Assembly: GCA_017470935.1 (NCBI GenBank)
Contig: JAFUXG010000055.1
Coordinates: 22,992-86,991, forward strand
DNA length: 64,000 nt
Direction: 5' to 3'
Source: Lachnospiraceae bacterium
GTDB lineage: Bacteria > Bacillota > Clostridia > Lachnospirales > Lachnospiraceae
Within the stretch, counting starts at the first letter, position 1. Each line of letters begins with the position of its first letter. A program made the translations under genes and the position numbers. The notes below the pieces were generated by a model, which saw only the letters and a program-made list of their open reading frames with translations, had not been told where the DNA came from and made no database searches. Below are positions 9,283-19,100 of this stretch, in pieces.

Positions 9283-10977
9283 ATGAAAAGAGTTAATATA
9301 ATTGGCGCAGGTCTTGCAGGGCTGTCTGCTGCCATAACATTAGCAGAACAGGGCTTTGCCTGTAACTTAATATCACTGCAGAATTCTGAGAGGGCGCAGT
9401 CTGTGCTCGCTGAGGGCGGGATTAATGCGGCATTGGATTTTATAGATGGAGGTAAGGATCTTCCCGCTGAGCATTATAAGGATACCATGAGTGGAGGATG
9501 TGATCTGGCAGACCCTGAAGCCGTAAGGGGACTTACCTGTGATGCGCCTGAAATTGTGAGAGGCTTAGCGGTGCTTGGAGTTCCCTTTCACATGAAGGAT
9601 GGAAAGCTTGTTCTTAGAAGCTTTGGAGGGCAGAAGAACAAGAGGACAGCATACGCAAAGAGCAGTACAGGAAAGGTTATTGTACATGCATTGGTGGATC
9701 TGGTCAGGAAATATGAATCGGAGGGGTTGGTCAGACGATATCCCCACCATGAGTTTGTGAGGCTTCTGTTGTCTCAAAACAAGGGAAAAGCGGCATGTGA
9801 TGGAGTAAGGATTATAGACAGGCATACCGGTAAAATGTATGATTGCAGCGGCGTGGTGGTTTTGGCTACAGGCGGTATGAATGGATTGTTTCCGGGCATG
9901 ACCACCGGAACCACATCTAACAGCGGAGATGTGACAGCCACGGTATTTGCACAGGGGGTATACCTGTCAAATCTTGAAATGATACAGTACCACCCCACAA
10001 CTATCGGTATATCAGGAAAAAGGCTTCTTGTTACGGAGGCTGCAAGGGGTGAGGGCGGACGACTTTGCGTGAAAAGAAATGGCCGGTGGTGGTACTTCAT
10101 GGAGGAAATTTATCCGGAGTTAAAAAATCTTATGCCAAGGGATGTGGTATCCAGGGAGATGTATAATGTTGTGAGAAGGCCGGACTGTGAGGATCAGGTC
10201 TATCTTGATATGACGGATCTGTCTGATGAGATATGGAAGACAAAGCTTCCGGATATGAGGAAGGAATTGATAGATTATCTGGGTATAGATCCCAAGAGAG
10301 AGATGATACCGGTAGAGCCGGGAATTCATTACTTTATGGCAGGAATTGATGTGGATATATACCATAGAACTAATGTGGATAAGCTGTATGCTGCCGGTGA
10401 ATGTACCAGTCAATATCATGGCGCAAACAGACTGGGTGGCAATTCCATGTTAGGTGCCATCAGAGGTGGTAATATGGCAGCAAAGCATATTATGAAAGAT
10501 ACTGATTGGGCGAAATACATATATGCTGAGCGGATGAAGGAGCAGGAAAACGGTAAGGATATAAGTGGCAAAGAATCAGCAGGAGAGAAGCGTATAATTC
10601 CAAAAATCGACTGGGAAGAAAATATAATAGAAGTTACTGAGAACAATAACGACAATGAGACATATTTAAATGCGGCTTCTCCTGCATTTATTAAGGAAGA
10701 AGGTCAAATATTATTAGAAGGACTCGGCATTATACGTAGTGAGGGTGTAATGCAGGAGGCATATGACAAACTGGCTAAGTTAGAGAAGAAGGCTGACTGC
10801 TGCAGAGAAAATAGCCGTGTGATGCTCGGGAAGGCCATGCTTTTGTCTGCATTGTTCAGAAAGGAGAGCAGGGGAGCACATTTTCGTGAGGATTATCCTG
10901 AAAGAAAAAATGAATATAAGAAAATGACCCTTGCCAGACTGTCAGAGGGACAAGTATTAATTCAGTTGAAGGAATAG
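9283..10977 (+). CDS. Succinate dehydrogenase/fumarate reductase-type flavoprotein subunit (FAD-binding)
   Basis: N-terminal IIGAGLAGLSAA dinucleotide fold. QYHPT and ESRGAHFREDYP motifs typical of the SdhA/FrdA/NadB family. Start ambiguous between 9274, 9277 and 9283. Confidence 0.8.
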   Translation: MKRVNIIGAGLAGLSAAITLAEQGFACNLISLQNSERAQSVLAEGGINAALDFIDGGKDLPAEHYKDTMSGGCDLADPEAVRGLTCDAPEIVRGLAVLGVPFHMKDGKLVLRSFGGQKNKRTAYAKSSTGKVIVHALVDLVRKYESEGLVRRYPHHEFVRLLLSQNKGKAACDGVRIIDRHTGKMYDCSGVVVLATGGMNGLFPGMTTGTTSNSGDVTATVFAQGVYLSNLEMIQYHPTTIGISGKRLLVTEAARGEGGRLCVKRNGRWWYFMEEIYPELKNLMPRDVVSREMYNVVRRPDCEDQVYLDMTDLSDEIWKTKLPDMRKELIDYLGIDPKREMIPVEPGIHYFMAGIDVDIYHRTNVDKLYAAGECTSQYHGANRLGGNSMLGAIRGGNMAAKHIMKDTDWAKYIYAERMKEQENGKDISGKESAGEKRIIPKIDWEENIIEVTENNNDNETYLNAASPAFIKEEGQILLEGLGIIRSEGVMQEAYDKLAKLEKKADCCRENSRVMLGKAMLLSALFRKESRGAHFREDYPERKNEYKKMTLARLSEGQVLIQLKE

Positions 10978-11072
10978 AAAAAGATATGGCTTTGCCTTTA
11001 TACCTGGGGGTTCACAATGACCTGTGTCGGCAAAGCCTATTGATGAGAACATAATAGTTAGAAGGAAAAACC

Positions 11073-11795
11073 ATGGAAATAAGGTTCAATATTCTGCGTA
11101 CAAACCGCACCGTTAAGGCACAGTATATGCAGAGTATCATTTATACAATTGAAGATGAAAATGCGACGGTTGCTACTGCGCTTTCGCTGATGAACGAGAC
11201 TGCCGGACTTAAGGATGTTGATGGTAATGCTGTGACACCTATAGTGTGGGAATGCTCATGCCTTCAGAAAAAATGCGGTGCCTGTGCTATGGTTATCAAT
11301 GACCATCCCGCACTTGCATGCAGTGTAAGGCTTAGGGAACTCAAAAAGCCGGAGGTGACACTGAAGCCTTTGATGAAGTTTCCTGTTGTTGAGGATCTCA
11401 TGGTAGACAGGACTATTCTTTTTGAAAATTTACGGGAGATGAAAATATGGCTTAAGAACGAGGCGCGGACAGAGCCTGTTGATTATGATATGGCCTATGA
11501 GGGCTCAAGATGCTTGCAGTGTGGATGCTGCCTGGAGGTATGCCCCAACTTCTGCCCTGAAGGAAAATTTTTCGGCATGGCGTCATTTGTTCCAACTGCA
11601 AGGCTTATATCTGAGATGAAGAAGGAGCAGCGGGAGGAGATATATAAAGAATACAGAAAGCATATATATGAAGGATGCGGCAAATCCCTTGCATGCCGCA
11701 AAGTGTGTCCGGCAGGAATTGATATAGAAGGACTGCTTGTGAATTCTAACGCTATGGCAATATGGAAGAGAGGAAAAAGAAAGCTTACAGAGTAA
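11073..11795 (+). CDS. Succinate dehydrogenase/fumarate reductase iron-sulfur subunit
   Basis: 2Fe-2S pattern CSCLQKKCGACAM...LAC, then CLQCGCCLEVCP and CGKSLACRKVCP cluster motifs. Confidence 0.8.
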   Translation: MEIRFNILRTNRTVKAQYMQSIIYTIEDENATVATALSLMNETAGLKDVDGNAVTPIVWECSCLQKKCGACAMVINDHPALACSVRLRELKKPEVTLKPLMKFPVVEDLMVDRTILFENLREMKIWLKNEARTEPVDYDMAYEGSRCLQCGCCLEVCPNFCPEGKFFGMASFVPTARLISEMKKEQREEIYKEYRKHIYEGCGKSLACRKVCPAGIDIEGLLVNSNAMAIWKRGKRKLTE

Positions 11796-11799
11796 TAGT

Positions 11800-12690
11800 A
11801 TGAGTAAATTGAAAATATCAGTCGGTATATTAATTATTATGCTTCTGACAGTATTAGTGTATATTAACATGATTAACGGATCTAATAAAGATACTGCTTC
11901 GGGTATCATCCTCCGTAATCATAAAAGTATTGTAAGCACTATACGGACAGGGCTAAGAGATCATTCTAAGGAAATTACGGTGCGATTTCATGCTAAGAAT
12001 GACCATATGTCAGGCATAGAGGTAATGGTGTCAGAGCTTATGGAGGAGGCGCTTTGTGAGACAGGGGTGGCCACAGAGGGGGATTATATAAGATATCAGT
12101 ATGGCGGTTATGAGGTAAGATACAGTAACACTCCGGATGATAAGGGATATCTCTATACAGTGAGAATCATCCCTAAATATTATACATATCTGAGTGACGA
12201 AGAATGGGTTGACAGTGAGGTGTCAAGTATACTTTCTGCAATGGATTTCTCCCGCAAAAGCACAGACTACGATAAGGTAAGTGCGATATATGAATATGTA
12301 TGTGATAATGTGTCCTATGATGTGGTGCATAAGAATAAGGATAAGCAGCACACCAAAACAACAGCTTACGCAGCCCTGAAATATAAGACGGCTGTGTGCC
12401 AGGGATATGCTGTGCTTTTATACAGACTGCTTAAGGAAGCCGGAGTGGAGGTAAGGGTGGTAACAGGAACAGCCTTACATGATGGAAATGAAGAATATCA
12501 TGCATGGAACATTGTATGTGTTGATGGTGTATATTATAACATTGATGCAACATGGGATACGGCATTTGGAGCAAGAGATTATTTTCTGAAATCTGATGAG
12601 ACATTTTCCATGGACCATGTGAGGGATGAGGAGTTTATGTCGGATGGCTTTTATGAGGAGTATCCAATGGCGGAAAGTGATTATAAATAA
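11800..12690 (+). CDS. Membrane-anchored transglutaminase-like (Cys-His-Asp) domain protein
   Basis: N-terminal TM. CQGYAVLLYRLLKEAG ... YHAWN ... NIDATWD matches the transglutaminase-core catalytic spacing. Confidence 0.7.
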   Translation: MSKLKISVGILIIMLLTVLVYINMINGSNKDTASGIILRNHKSIVSTIRTGLRDHSKEITVRFHAKNDHMSGIEVMVSELMEEALCETGVATEGDYIRYQYGGYEVRYSNTPDDKGYLYTVRIIPKYYTYLSDEEWVDSEVSSILSAMDFSRKSTDYDKVSAIYEYVCDNVSYDVVHKNKDKQHTKTTAYAALKYKTAVCQGYAVLLYRLLKEAGVEVRVVTGTALHDGNEEYHAWNIVCVDGVYYNIDATWDTAFGARDYFLKSDETFSMDHVRDEEFMSDGFYEEYPMAESDYK

Positions 12691-12708
12691 TATATTACGG
12701 AGGAAATC

Positions 12709-13914
12709 ATGAAAGTAACAAAGAGTATTGCTTATAAGAATATAATAAAACGACCGCTTCGAAGCGGGATGCTTATCATTCTGGCAGCATTTTTGTCCTT
12801 TTCCGTATTTGCGGGAACCATGATAACCGATTCACTTAAGAGGGGGTTTAACTCTCTTAAGCAGAGACTTGGTGCTGATATAATGGTTGTTCCATATGAG
12901 GCCACCATGAAAACAGACCTTTCAAATATTGTACTGCAGGGGAATACAGGATATTTCTATATGAGTGATAATGTACTTGATAAGGTGGCAAAGATGGATG
13001 GAGTGGGGCAGATATCAGCACAGTTTTTTCTTGCAAGTACATCCTCAGGCTGTTGTTCATTACCGGTGCAGATAATAGGCTATGACCCGGAGACAGATTT
13101 CACCATAACGCCATGGATCAAAAAAAGCTATGGCGGTCCGATTGATTATCTGGATGTTGTGGTTGGAAATGATCTGAATGCATTTGTTGGAGATGAACTT
13201 TCATTTTATGGTGTGAAGGTAAGAATTGCCGCAAAGCTTGACAAGACGGGAACTACATATGACACAGCAGTATTTACCAATAAGGAAACAATCGTGGCGC
13301 TGATCAAGTCATCCCTTGACAAGAAAATGAATGAGTTTGCAGATATAGATCCTGACAAGGTGGTGTCATGCATTCTTGTGAATGTGGCGGATGACTATGT
13401 GACAGAGGAGGTCCTCAATGACATTAATATTCATGTGAAAAAGGTCAAGGCAATACAGACAAAGAACATGATATCTGGTATATCCGACAGCCTGTCAGCG
13501 GTCTCGGATGTGACGGGAGGTCTTATGGTGGCGGTGTGGATATTGGCACTTGTAATAATGGTGGTAGCATTTTTCATGATGATAAATGAGCGCAAGAAGG
13601 AATTTGCGGTATTGCGCGTGCTGGGAGCGTCAAGGAAAAAGCTTTCTAGTATAGTGATGAAGGAGGGACTGATGCTGGCGCTTTGCGGCAGTGTTCTGGG
13701 TACTCTTATAGGACTTGTGATCATAATTCCATTTAATGGCTTTATTGAGAATAAGCTTAATCTTCCCTTTCTGCTTCCGGGAGTGGGAATGATCATAACA
13801 ATATCATTGCTTTCCGTATTCGTGTCTGCCCTTTTTGGTGCACTGACCTCAGCTTGGGCTGCATATAGGATAAGCAGGCTTGAGACGGGAACGATCCTTC
13901 GGGAGGTGAATTAG
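12709..13914 (+). CDS. ABC transporter permease, FtsX type
   Basis: N-terminal TM, extracytoplasmic domain, C-terminal FtsX bundle (ERKKEFAVLRVLGA). Confidence 0.8.
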   Translation: MKVTKSIAYKNIIKRPLRSGMLIILAAFLSFSVFAGTMITDSLKRGFNSLKQRLGADIMVVPYEATMKTDLSNIVLQGNTGYFYMSDNVLDKVAKMDGVGQISAQFFLASTSSGCCSLPVQIIGYDPETDFTITPWIKKSYGGPIDYLDVVVGNDLNAFVGDELSFYGVKVRIAAKLDKTGTTYDTAVFTNKETIVALIKSSLDKKMNEFADIDPDKVVSCILVNVADDYVTEEVLNDINIHVKKVKAIQTKNMISGISDSLSAVSDVTGGLMVAVWILALVIMVVAFFMMINERKKEFAVLRVLGASRKKLSSIVMKEGLMLALCGSVLGTLIGLVIIIPFNGFIENKLNLPFLLPGVGMIITISLLSVFVSALFGALTSAWAAYRISRLETGTILREVN

Positions 13915-14595
13915 ATGGTTTTGAAGGCAGAGGGAATAAGCAAGCAGTTTCTGCGTGCGTCAAAGGGAACTAATATATTTACGGCAATTGAGGAAATGGA
14001 TTTTACCCTTGCCGAGGGAAAGCTGACTATGATCAATGGCAGGTCGGGAAGCGGCAAGAGTACCTTTCTTAACATTCTTTCAGGGATTCTTGCACCCACA
14101 ACAGGTAAGGTGATGCTTGATGATAAGGAGCTGTATGAGATGAAGGATGAGGAGCTTTCAAGGCTTAGGAATATATCCTTTGGCTTTGTCCCTCAGGGGC
14201 AGAGCGCAGTAAGAAGTCTTACTGTTCTTGAAAATATAATGCTTCCGTATACTCTTTATGGGGAAGGAGAGGATAAGACAGAATATGCTAAAGAGCTTAT
14301 GGAGAAAATGGATATTATAAGACTTGAAAATGTTATGCCCAATGAGCTTTCAGGTGGCGAGATGCGGCGTATGGCCATTGCGCGGGCGCTTATCAGAAGG
14401 CCTGAAATTGTGTTTGCAGATGAGCCTACAGGAGATCTGGATGATGAGAACACTGAGCTTGTGCTAAAGCTTTTCAAGGAAATGACGGATAACAAAACTA
14501 CAGTGCTCCTTGTTACCCATGAAAATGAGGCTAAGAAGTATGCAGATATTATGTATCATATGAATGCGGGAAGGCTTGAGGAAGTATCTTTATAA
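13915..14595 (+). CDS. ABC transporter ATP-binding protein
   Basis: Walker A GRSGSGKST, signature LSGGEMRR, Walker B VFADEPT. Confidence 0.9.
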   Translation: MVLKAEGISKQFLRASKGTNIFTAIEEMDFTLAEGKLTMINGRSGSGKSTFLNILSGILAPTTGKVMLDDKELYEMKDEELSRLRNISFGFVPQGQSAVRSLTVLENIMLPYTLYGEGEDKTEYAKELMEKMDIIRLENVMPNELSGGEMRRMAIARALIRRPEIVFADEPTGDLDDENTELVLKLFKEMTDNKTTVLLVTHENEAKKYADIMYHMNAGRLEEVSL

Positions 14596-14679
14596 TATGT
14601 TGTGAAAAATTATTATTTAGAAAAATTATCATTTATTATAGCTGTTTTGGTGTTGAAATAACAGATGTTATGTGATATA

Positions 14680-14695
14680 GTTAGTTGATTCTAAC
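14680..14695. promoter_or_regulatory. GTTAG-N6-CTAAC palindrome (candidate operator), site A
   Basis: GTTAGTTGATTCTAAC overlaps or follows a TTGAAA-17nt-TATAGT promoter-like element (14654-14682) upstream of the DUF4418/Cys-rich/HMA genes. Confidence 0.55.
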
Positions 14696-14761
14696 TAATG
14701 AGAAGATATAGGTATGAATGTATCAGGGGTAAAGGATACACATATGAAAAGGAGAAAAAGG

Positions 14762-15178
14762 ATGAAGAATATTAAGGTTTTGGATATTGTTTTGCTGGTG
14801 CTTAGCGCAGTGCTTTGTGTGGGCGTTAAGGCTGTATTTCATGCATGTGAGGTGATGGAGGATAAGATTATGTCATGCCACTGGGCAGAGCAGGCTGTGT
14901 TTGCAATGGGAATTGTACTTGTCGTACAGGCATTGGGGCTTATTATACTTTCAAGATATAATGTAAGAAGAGGATTAAGCTATGCAATGATACCTACAGC
15001 TATGGTTACTGCATTTATTCCCAAGGTAATGATCAACCTGTGTATGATGAATGATATGCGATGTCATACCACCATGCGTCCGGCAGTTATTATATTGTCG
15101 ATTATAATTGCTGTATGCGCGCTGGTCAATGCTGTGACAGCAGAGGGCAATAAAAGTGAATTAAACAGTAATATATAG
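14762..15178 (+). CDS. Small polytopic membrane protein (DUF4418-like)
   Basis: Start at 14762 follows SD AAGGAG; 14744 is also possible. Four hydrophobic helices with conserved-looking Cys (HACE, SCHW). Confidence 0.55.
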   Translation: MKNIKVLDIVLLVLSAVLCVGVKAVFHACEVMEDKIMSCHWAEQAVFAMGIVLVVQALGLIILSRYNVRRGLSYAMIPTAMVTAFIPKVMINLCMMNDMRCHTTMRPAVIILSIIIAVCALVNAVTAEGNKSELNSNI

Positions 15179-15189
15179 AGGTAATGATT

Positions 15190-15372
15190 ATGAGCAGTGT
15201 ATTGGTTAATATTATTGCAACTTTGATATTAGTAGCTGTTGTGGGTTCAGCGTGCTACTATATATATAAGGAGAAAAAAAAGGGAACAGCATGCATAGGC
15301 TGTCCTATGGCAGGTGATTGCGCTAAGGCAAAAGCCGGAGGGTGCGCTGCTGTAGATACCGACAAGCGATAG
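15190..15372 (+). CDS. FeoB-associated Cys-rich small membrane protein-like
   Basis: One TM, then a basic stretch and CIGCPMAGDC ... GGC. Confidence 0.55.
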   Translation: MSSVLVNIIATLILVAVVGSACYYIYKEKKKGTACIGCPMAGDCAKAKAGGCAAVDTDKR

Positions 15373-15384
15373 AGGTGATTATAT

Positions 15385-15753
15385 ATGAATATTCAGGATT
15401 TTATCATAGTTGTAATACTGGTAATAATATTGGTGCCTGCCATAAGAAGCACTATAACCCACATGAAGGGTGAGGGCGAGTGCTGTGGCGGACCCAAGGA
15501 AAAGCCTGTTAAGAAAAAGCTTCCGGGTAAGCCCATACATAAGCTTATAGTTCACATAGAGGGAATGCATTGCGATAACTGCAAGAACAGGGTAGAGAAG
15601 CATCTTGATGAGCTTGACGGGGTTATCGCCAAGGTGAAGCTTTCAAGAAAGCTTGCTGAGGTATCACTTTATGAAGAGGTGGATGAGGCGCTTATTAAGG
15701 ATACCATTGAGAAGCTGGATTTTGAGGTTACGGGTATAGAAACGGTGGGATAG
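15385..15753 (+). CDS. Membrane-anchored heavy-metal-associated (HMA) domain protein
   Basis: N-terminal TM plus GECCGG, then an HMA fold with GMHCDNC (MxCxxC). SD GAGGTGA. Confidence 0.75.
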   Translation: MNIQDFIIVVILVIILVPAIRSTITHMKGEGECCGGPKEKPVKKKLPGKPIHKLIVHIEGMHCDNCKNRVEKHLDELDGVIAKVKLSRKLAEVSLYEEVDEALIKDTIEKLDFEVTGIETVG

Positions 15754-15863
15754 CTGAAAGCAAAGCTTTTAACATGTGAGAATGTACCAAGTGCTTCTAA
15801 TGATGTAGTCATCGTAACGTTAAAAACATATAATAACATAAAGAAGAATATAATGGACATTCA

Positions 15864-15912
15864 GCAGATCGGATTTGTGGATGAAATACCACATATCCGG
15901 TCTGCTTTTATT
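15864..15912 (+). terminator. Rho-independent terminator after the HMA gene
   Basis: GCAGATCGGATTTGTGG / CCACATATCCGGTCTGC stem (one G-U pair, one mismatch), 8-nt loop, followed by TTTTATTATT. Confidence 0.7.
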
Positions 15913-15977
15913 ATTATCGGTACAGACATTTTAATTAAGTTAATTGATTGAAATATATATTTTTTTAATGGGTGTTA

Positions 15978-15986
15978 TGTTATAAT
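15978..15986 (+). promoter_or_regulatory. Extended -10 element TGTTATAAT (possible promoter of the giant ORF)
   Basis: TG-N-TATAAT read directly. No good -35. About 200 nt upstream of the 16186 start. Confidence 0.3.
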
Positions 15987-16185
15987 ACCTAAAGGAAAAT
16001 ATTTTGTTTTTTTATTTTGAAATGACACAGTTTGTCCGTGGTATGTGCTATTATGAAAACAAGCATTTTATTGTAATCCATAATGGTGGCATTAGCAGAA
16101 TTAGGGTGATAAATAAGATGACACATTATAGCCGGATAATCAGGTTGAGTTGATGTTTTATTGTGAAGGAGGTATACATTTCATT

Positions 16186-19100
16186 ATGAAAAAAAAGATT
16201 TACGCAGTAAAAAAAGGGGAGAAAACCGGTATATATAACGATTGGAAAAAGTGTGAGAAACAGATAAAAGGATTTCCCGGGGCTCTGTATAGCAGTTTTG
16301 AGTACATGACAGAGCTTGAAGATGAGGATGAAAATAAGGAGGACAGCCTTAGACATGCTTTTATGCTTGCGGAAGAATACATGAATGATGACAGCATAGG
16401 AGGGTTAAAGCTTGTTTATCAGGGCAAAGATAAGGAATATATCCAGGAAGATAGCTGGAAGAAGAAGGGCTTTCTGCCCTTTGGAGAGACAATTTCTGAT
16501 GATGCAGACAATTCGCAGGGAGAGGGTGAAAATGATGTTCCCTCTGATGAACCCCAGATATACAACTACGATCATACGAAGGAAGAAGAAGTGTATGGCA
16601 TGCTTAACTTACCCGAAGAATACCAGCAAAATGAACCGTGGGTTGAGATTCTTCTGTGTGTTGTAGGCGATAATTATGCAGGAACTTTTGTGGGCAGATA
16701 TAATGTGGCTGCATTATATACTGCTTTGCTTGAGTTTGTATTTAACCCAAGACATATTTTGATAAGCTTTATTAACATATATAATGAGATGAGGGAAATG
16801 AAGCTTTTACAGCCCGAAATTGTATCAGGCTCAGACTGGGTTAAAAATGCATTAGAAGTATGGGAGGATTCAGACGAGTACCGTGAGCTGAAACAACGTT
16901 TTGAAAAGTATGACATGAGGCTTATCGACTTTGATGAGCTCTTAGTAAACTGTAGATTCAATGCAGTAGAAGGAAGTAAAGAAAATCGGAATACGAATAG
17001 CTCCACATACCAAATTATGGAGAAATATATCAAACAGGGAGGTCACTCTCTGCTTGACTTGTATCGGGAAATGACAGAGAATAGTGCATACCGCGTGGAG
17101 CTTATGAAGGTGTCCGGTTCTTTTGTTAATCCCGATCTGAAGAAGAGTGATCATATTACAAAAACAAATGTTGCAACATCTTTACTTAATGTAAAATTGC
17201 CTTCAATTGTTGAAAGAAAACGCGAGCTAGATGAGTTGCGAAGTAAACTTTTTGAAAATATTTATGGGCAGGATATTGCCATTGATGAATTTTTATCCGG
17301 TCTATTCTATGCAGGATTAGAACCTGATAGAAGTGGAAATGGTCCAAAAGCGTCATATCTGTTCATAGGGCCTCCTGGAGTGGGGAAGACATATCTTGCA
17401 AAAAGTATTGCTGATCTGCTGGGCGTAGAGGCAAGGCTTTACCAAATGAATGAATATATGGATGATGAACACAGCGCGTCAGATTTGATAGGGCATGATT
17501 ATACATGGAAGGATTCACATGAGGGGTCATTGACCGGGTTTGTAAAAACACATCCAAATGCAGTTTTGATTTTTGATGAGATCGAAAAGGCATGTAGTTC
17601 CGTAAAGCAATTGTTCCTATCTATTCTTGAAGGCGGATTTTTGACTGACAAGTATAGTGATGAGAAAATCAAATTTTCAGATACGATATGCATATTTACT
17701 ACAAATGCAGGAAGACAGTTTTTTGAGGAGAGATGGGATGAAAACTTGTCTTCCATTCCTGAAAATACGATCATAGATGCCATAAAAAATGACAAGGGCA
17801 GAGATGGAAAACCGATTATGCCCCCGGAGCTTCTTTCAAGGCTGCAAAAAGGAAAAGTCATTTTATTTAACCATATTAATGAAAAGAGTTTGATTCCAGT
17901 TGTGAAGAAAAGCATCGGAGAAGGGAAAAAATTAGTCGAGGAGGGACTTCAAATCACATATGAGTACGATGAAGAAACCTTACCGTATCTGTTTTTGTAC
18001 AGCATGGGAAATCGATTAGATGCCCGAATCGCCTCTGAACGAAGCAAGAAATTTGTGATGGAATCTGTTTATCGGCTTATGCAGTCTGAGAAAGCGAAAG
18101 AAAGAATCAAGAATGTAAAGACAACATTAGCATTAGATGGGGATGTTGCAAAGCGTTACTTCTGGGAAGCAGATAAAAGAGAAAAGAGGAATCTGATTGT
18201 CGTATGTGGGAATAAGGATAGAAAGGGGAATTATAGTCTTTTAGAAAAGATGTCAGATAAATCCGTATGCAGCCTACATTATGTATATCAGTTTGAAAAT
18301 AGCGAAACAAAAGAAAGTGATAAAAACCACAATATTAGGACTTTGCTTAGGACCAAAGAAATCGATGGCATATTGATTGATTTTTATTACAATAAAGAGG
18401 GTGGGGAATACCGTCAGAGACAGCAGGGAAAGGCAGTTTATGAAAGCCTTCTGTTAAATGATTCCGTTCCGGCGCAGATATACCGCTGGCTTCAGGAGCA
18501 ACCAAAAACTCCACCAATATATGCCATATCCTTTGGAAATGAATACCGTGCTTCGGAGAAAAAGGAGTTGTTGGAAAATGGAATCGAGGATATCATTTCT
18601 CTTCCAAAGAGTGAGTATGACCTTAGCACTTTTGTGAAAGAGTGTTTCCTGCAGGAGCAAATGCAAAAGCTTCAAAAGAAAGGCCGAAGGCTTGATTATA
18701 ATATATGTATGCTTGAACAAAAGGAAGAAGGGACCATAGAGCTGGAAGTCGGAAGCTTCAGGGAGGTCAATGACTTCGGCACAGATGCTGATGTTGTTAT
18801 GATTAATGATAAAAACCGTCCGGGAGTGACGTTTAACGATGTGATCGGAAACAGGCAGGCGGTCAATGAATTACGGAAGTTCAAGATATTTTTGGAGAAA
18901 CCGGATTGGTTCAGAAAAAGCGGGGCAAAGGTGTCAAGGGGTATTTTGATGCTTGGCGCGCCGGGTACGGGAAAAACTATGCTGGCAAAGGCTCTTGCAA
19001 ATGAGGCTGACTGTCCCTTTATATCCTGTACCGGTGTTGAGTTGTTGAAAAATGAAGGGAATCGTCAAATGCAAACAGGTGACGGGGTAGTGAAGGACAT

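Noticed and set aside
16150-16185. TTG/ATG starts at 16150/16153 for the giant ORF
   Set aside because: The ATG at 16186 is preceded by AAGGAGG and begins exactly at the conserved hybrid-binding domain (MKKKIYAVKKG). The 12 upstream codons (MMFYCEGGIHFI) contain the SD itself.
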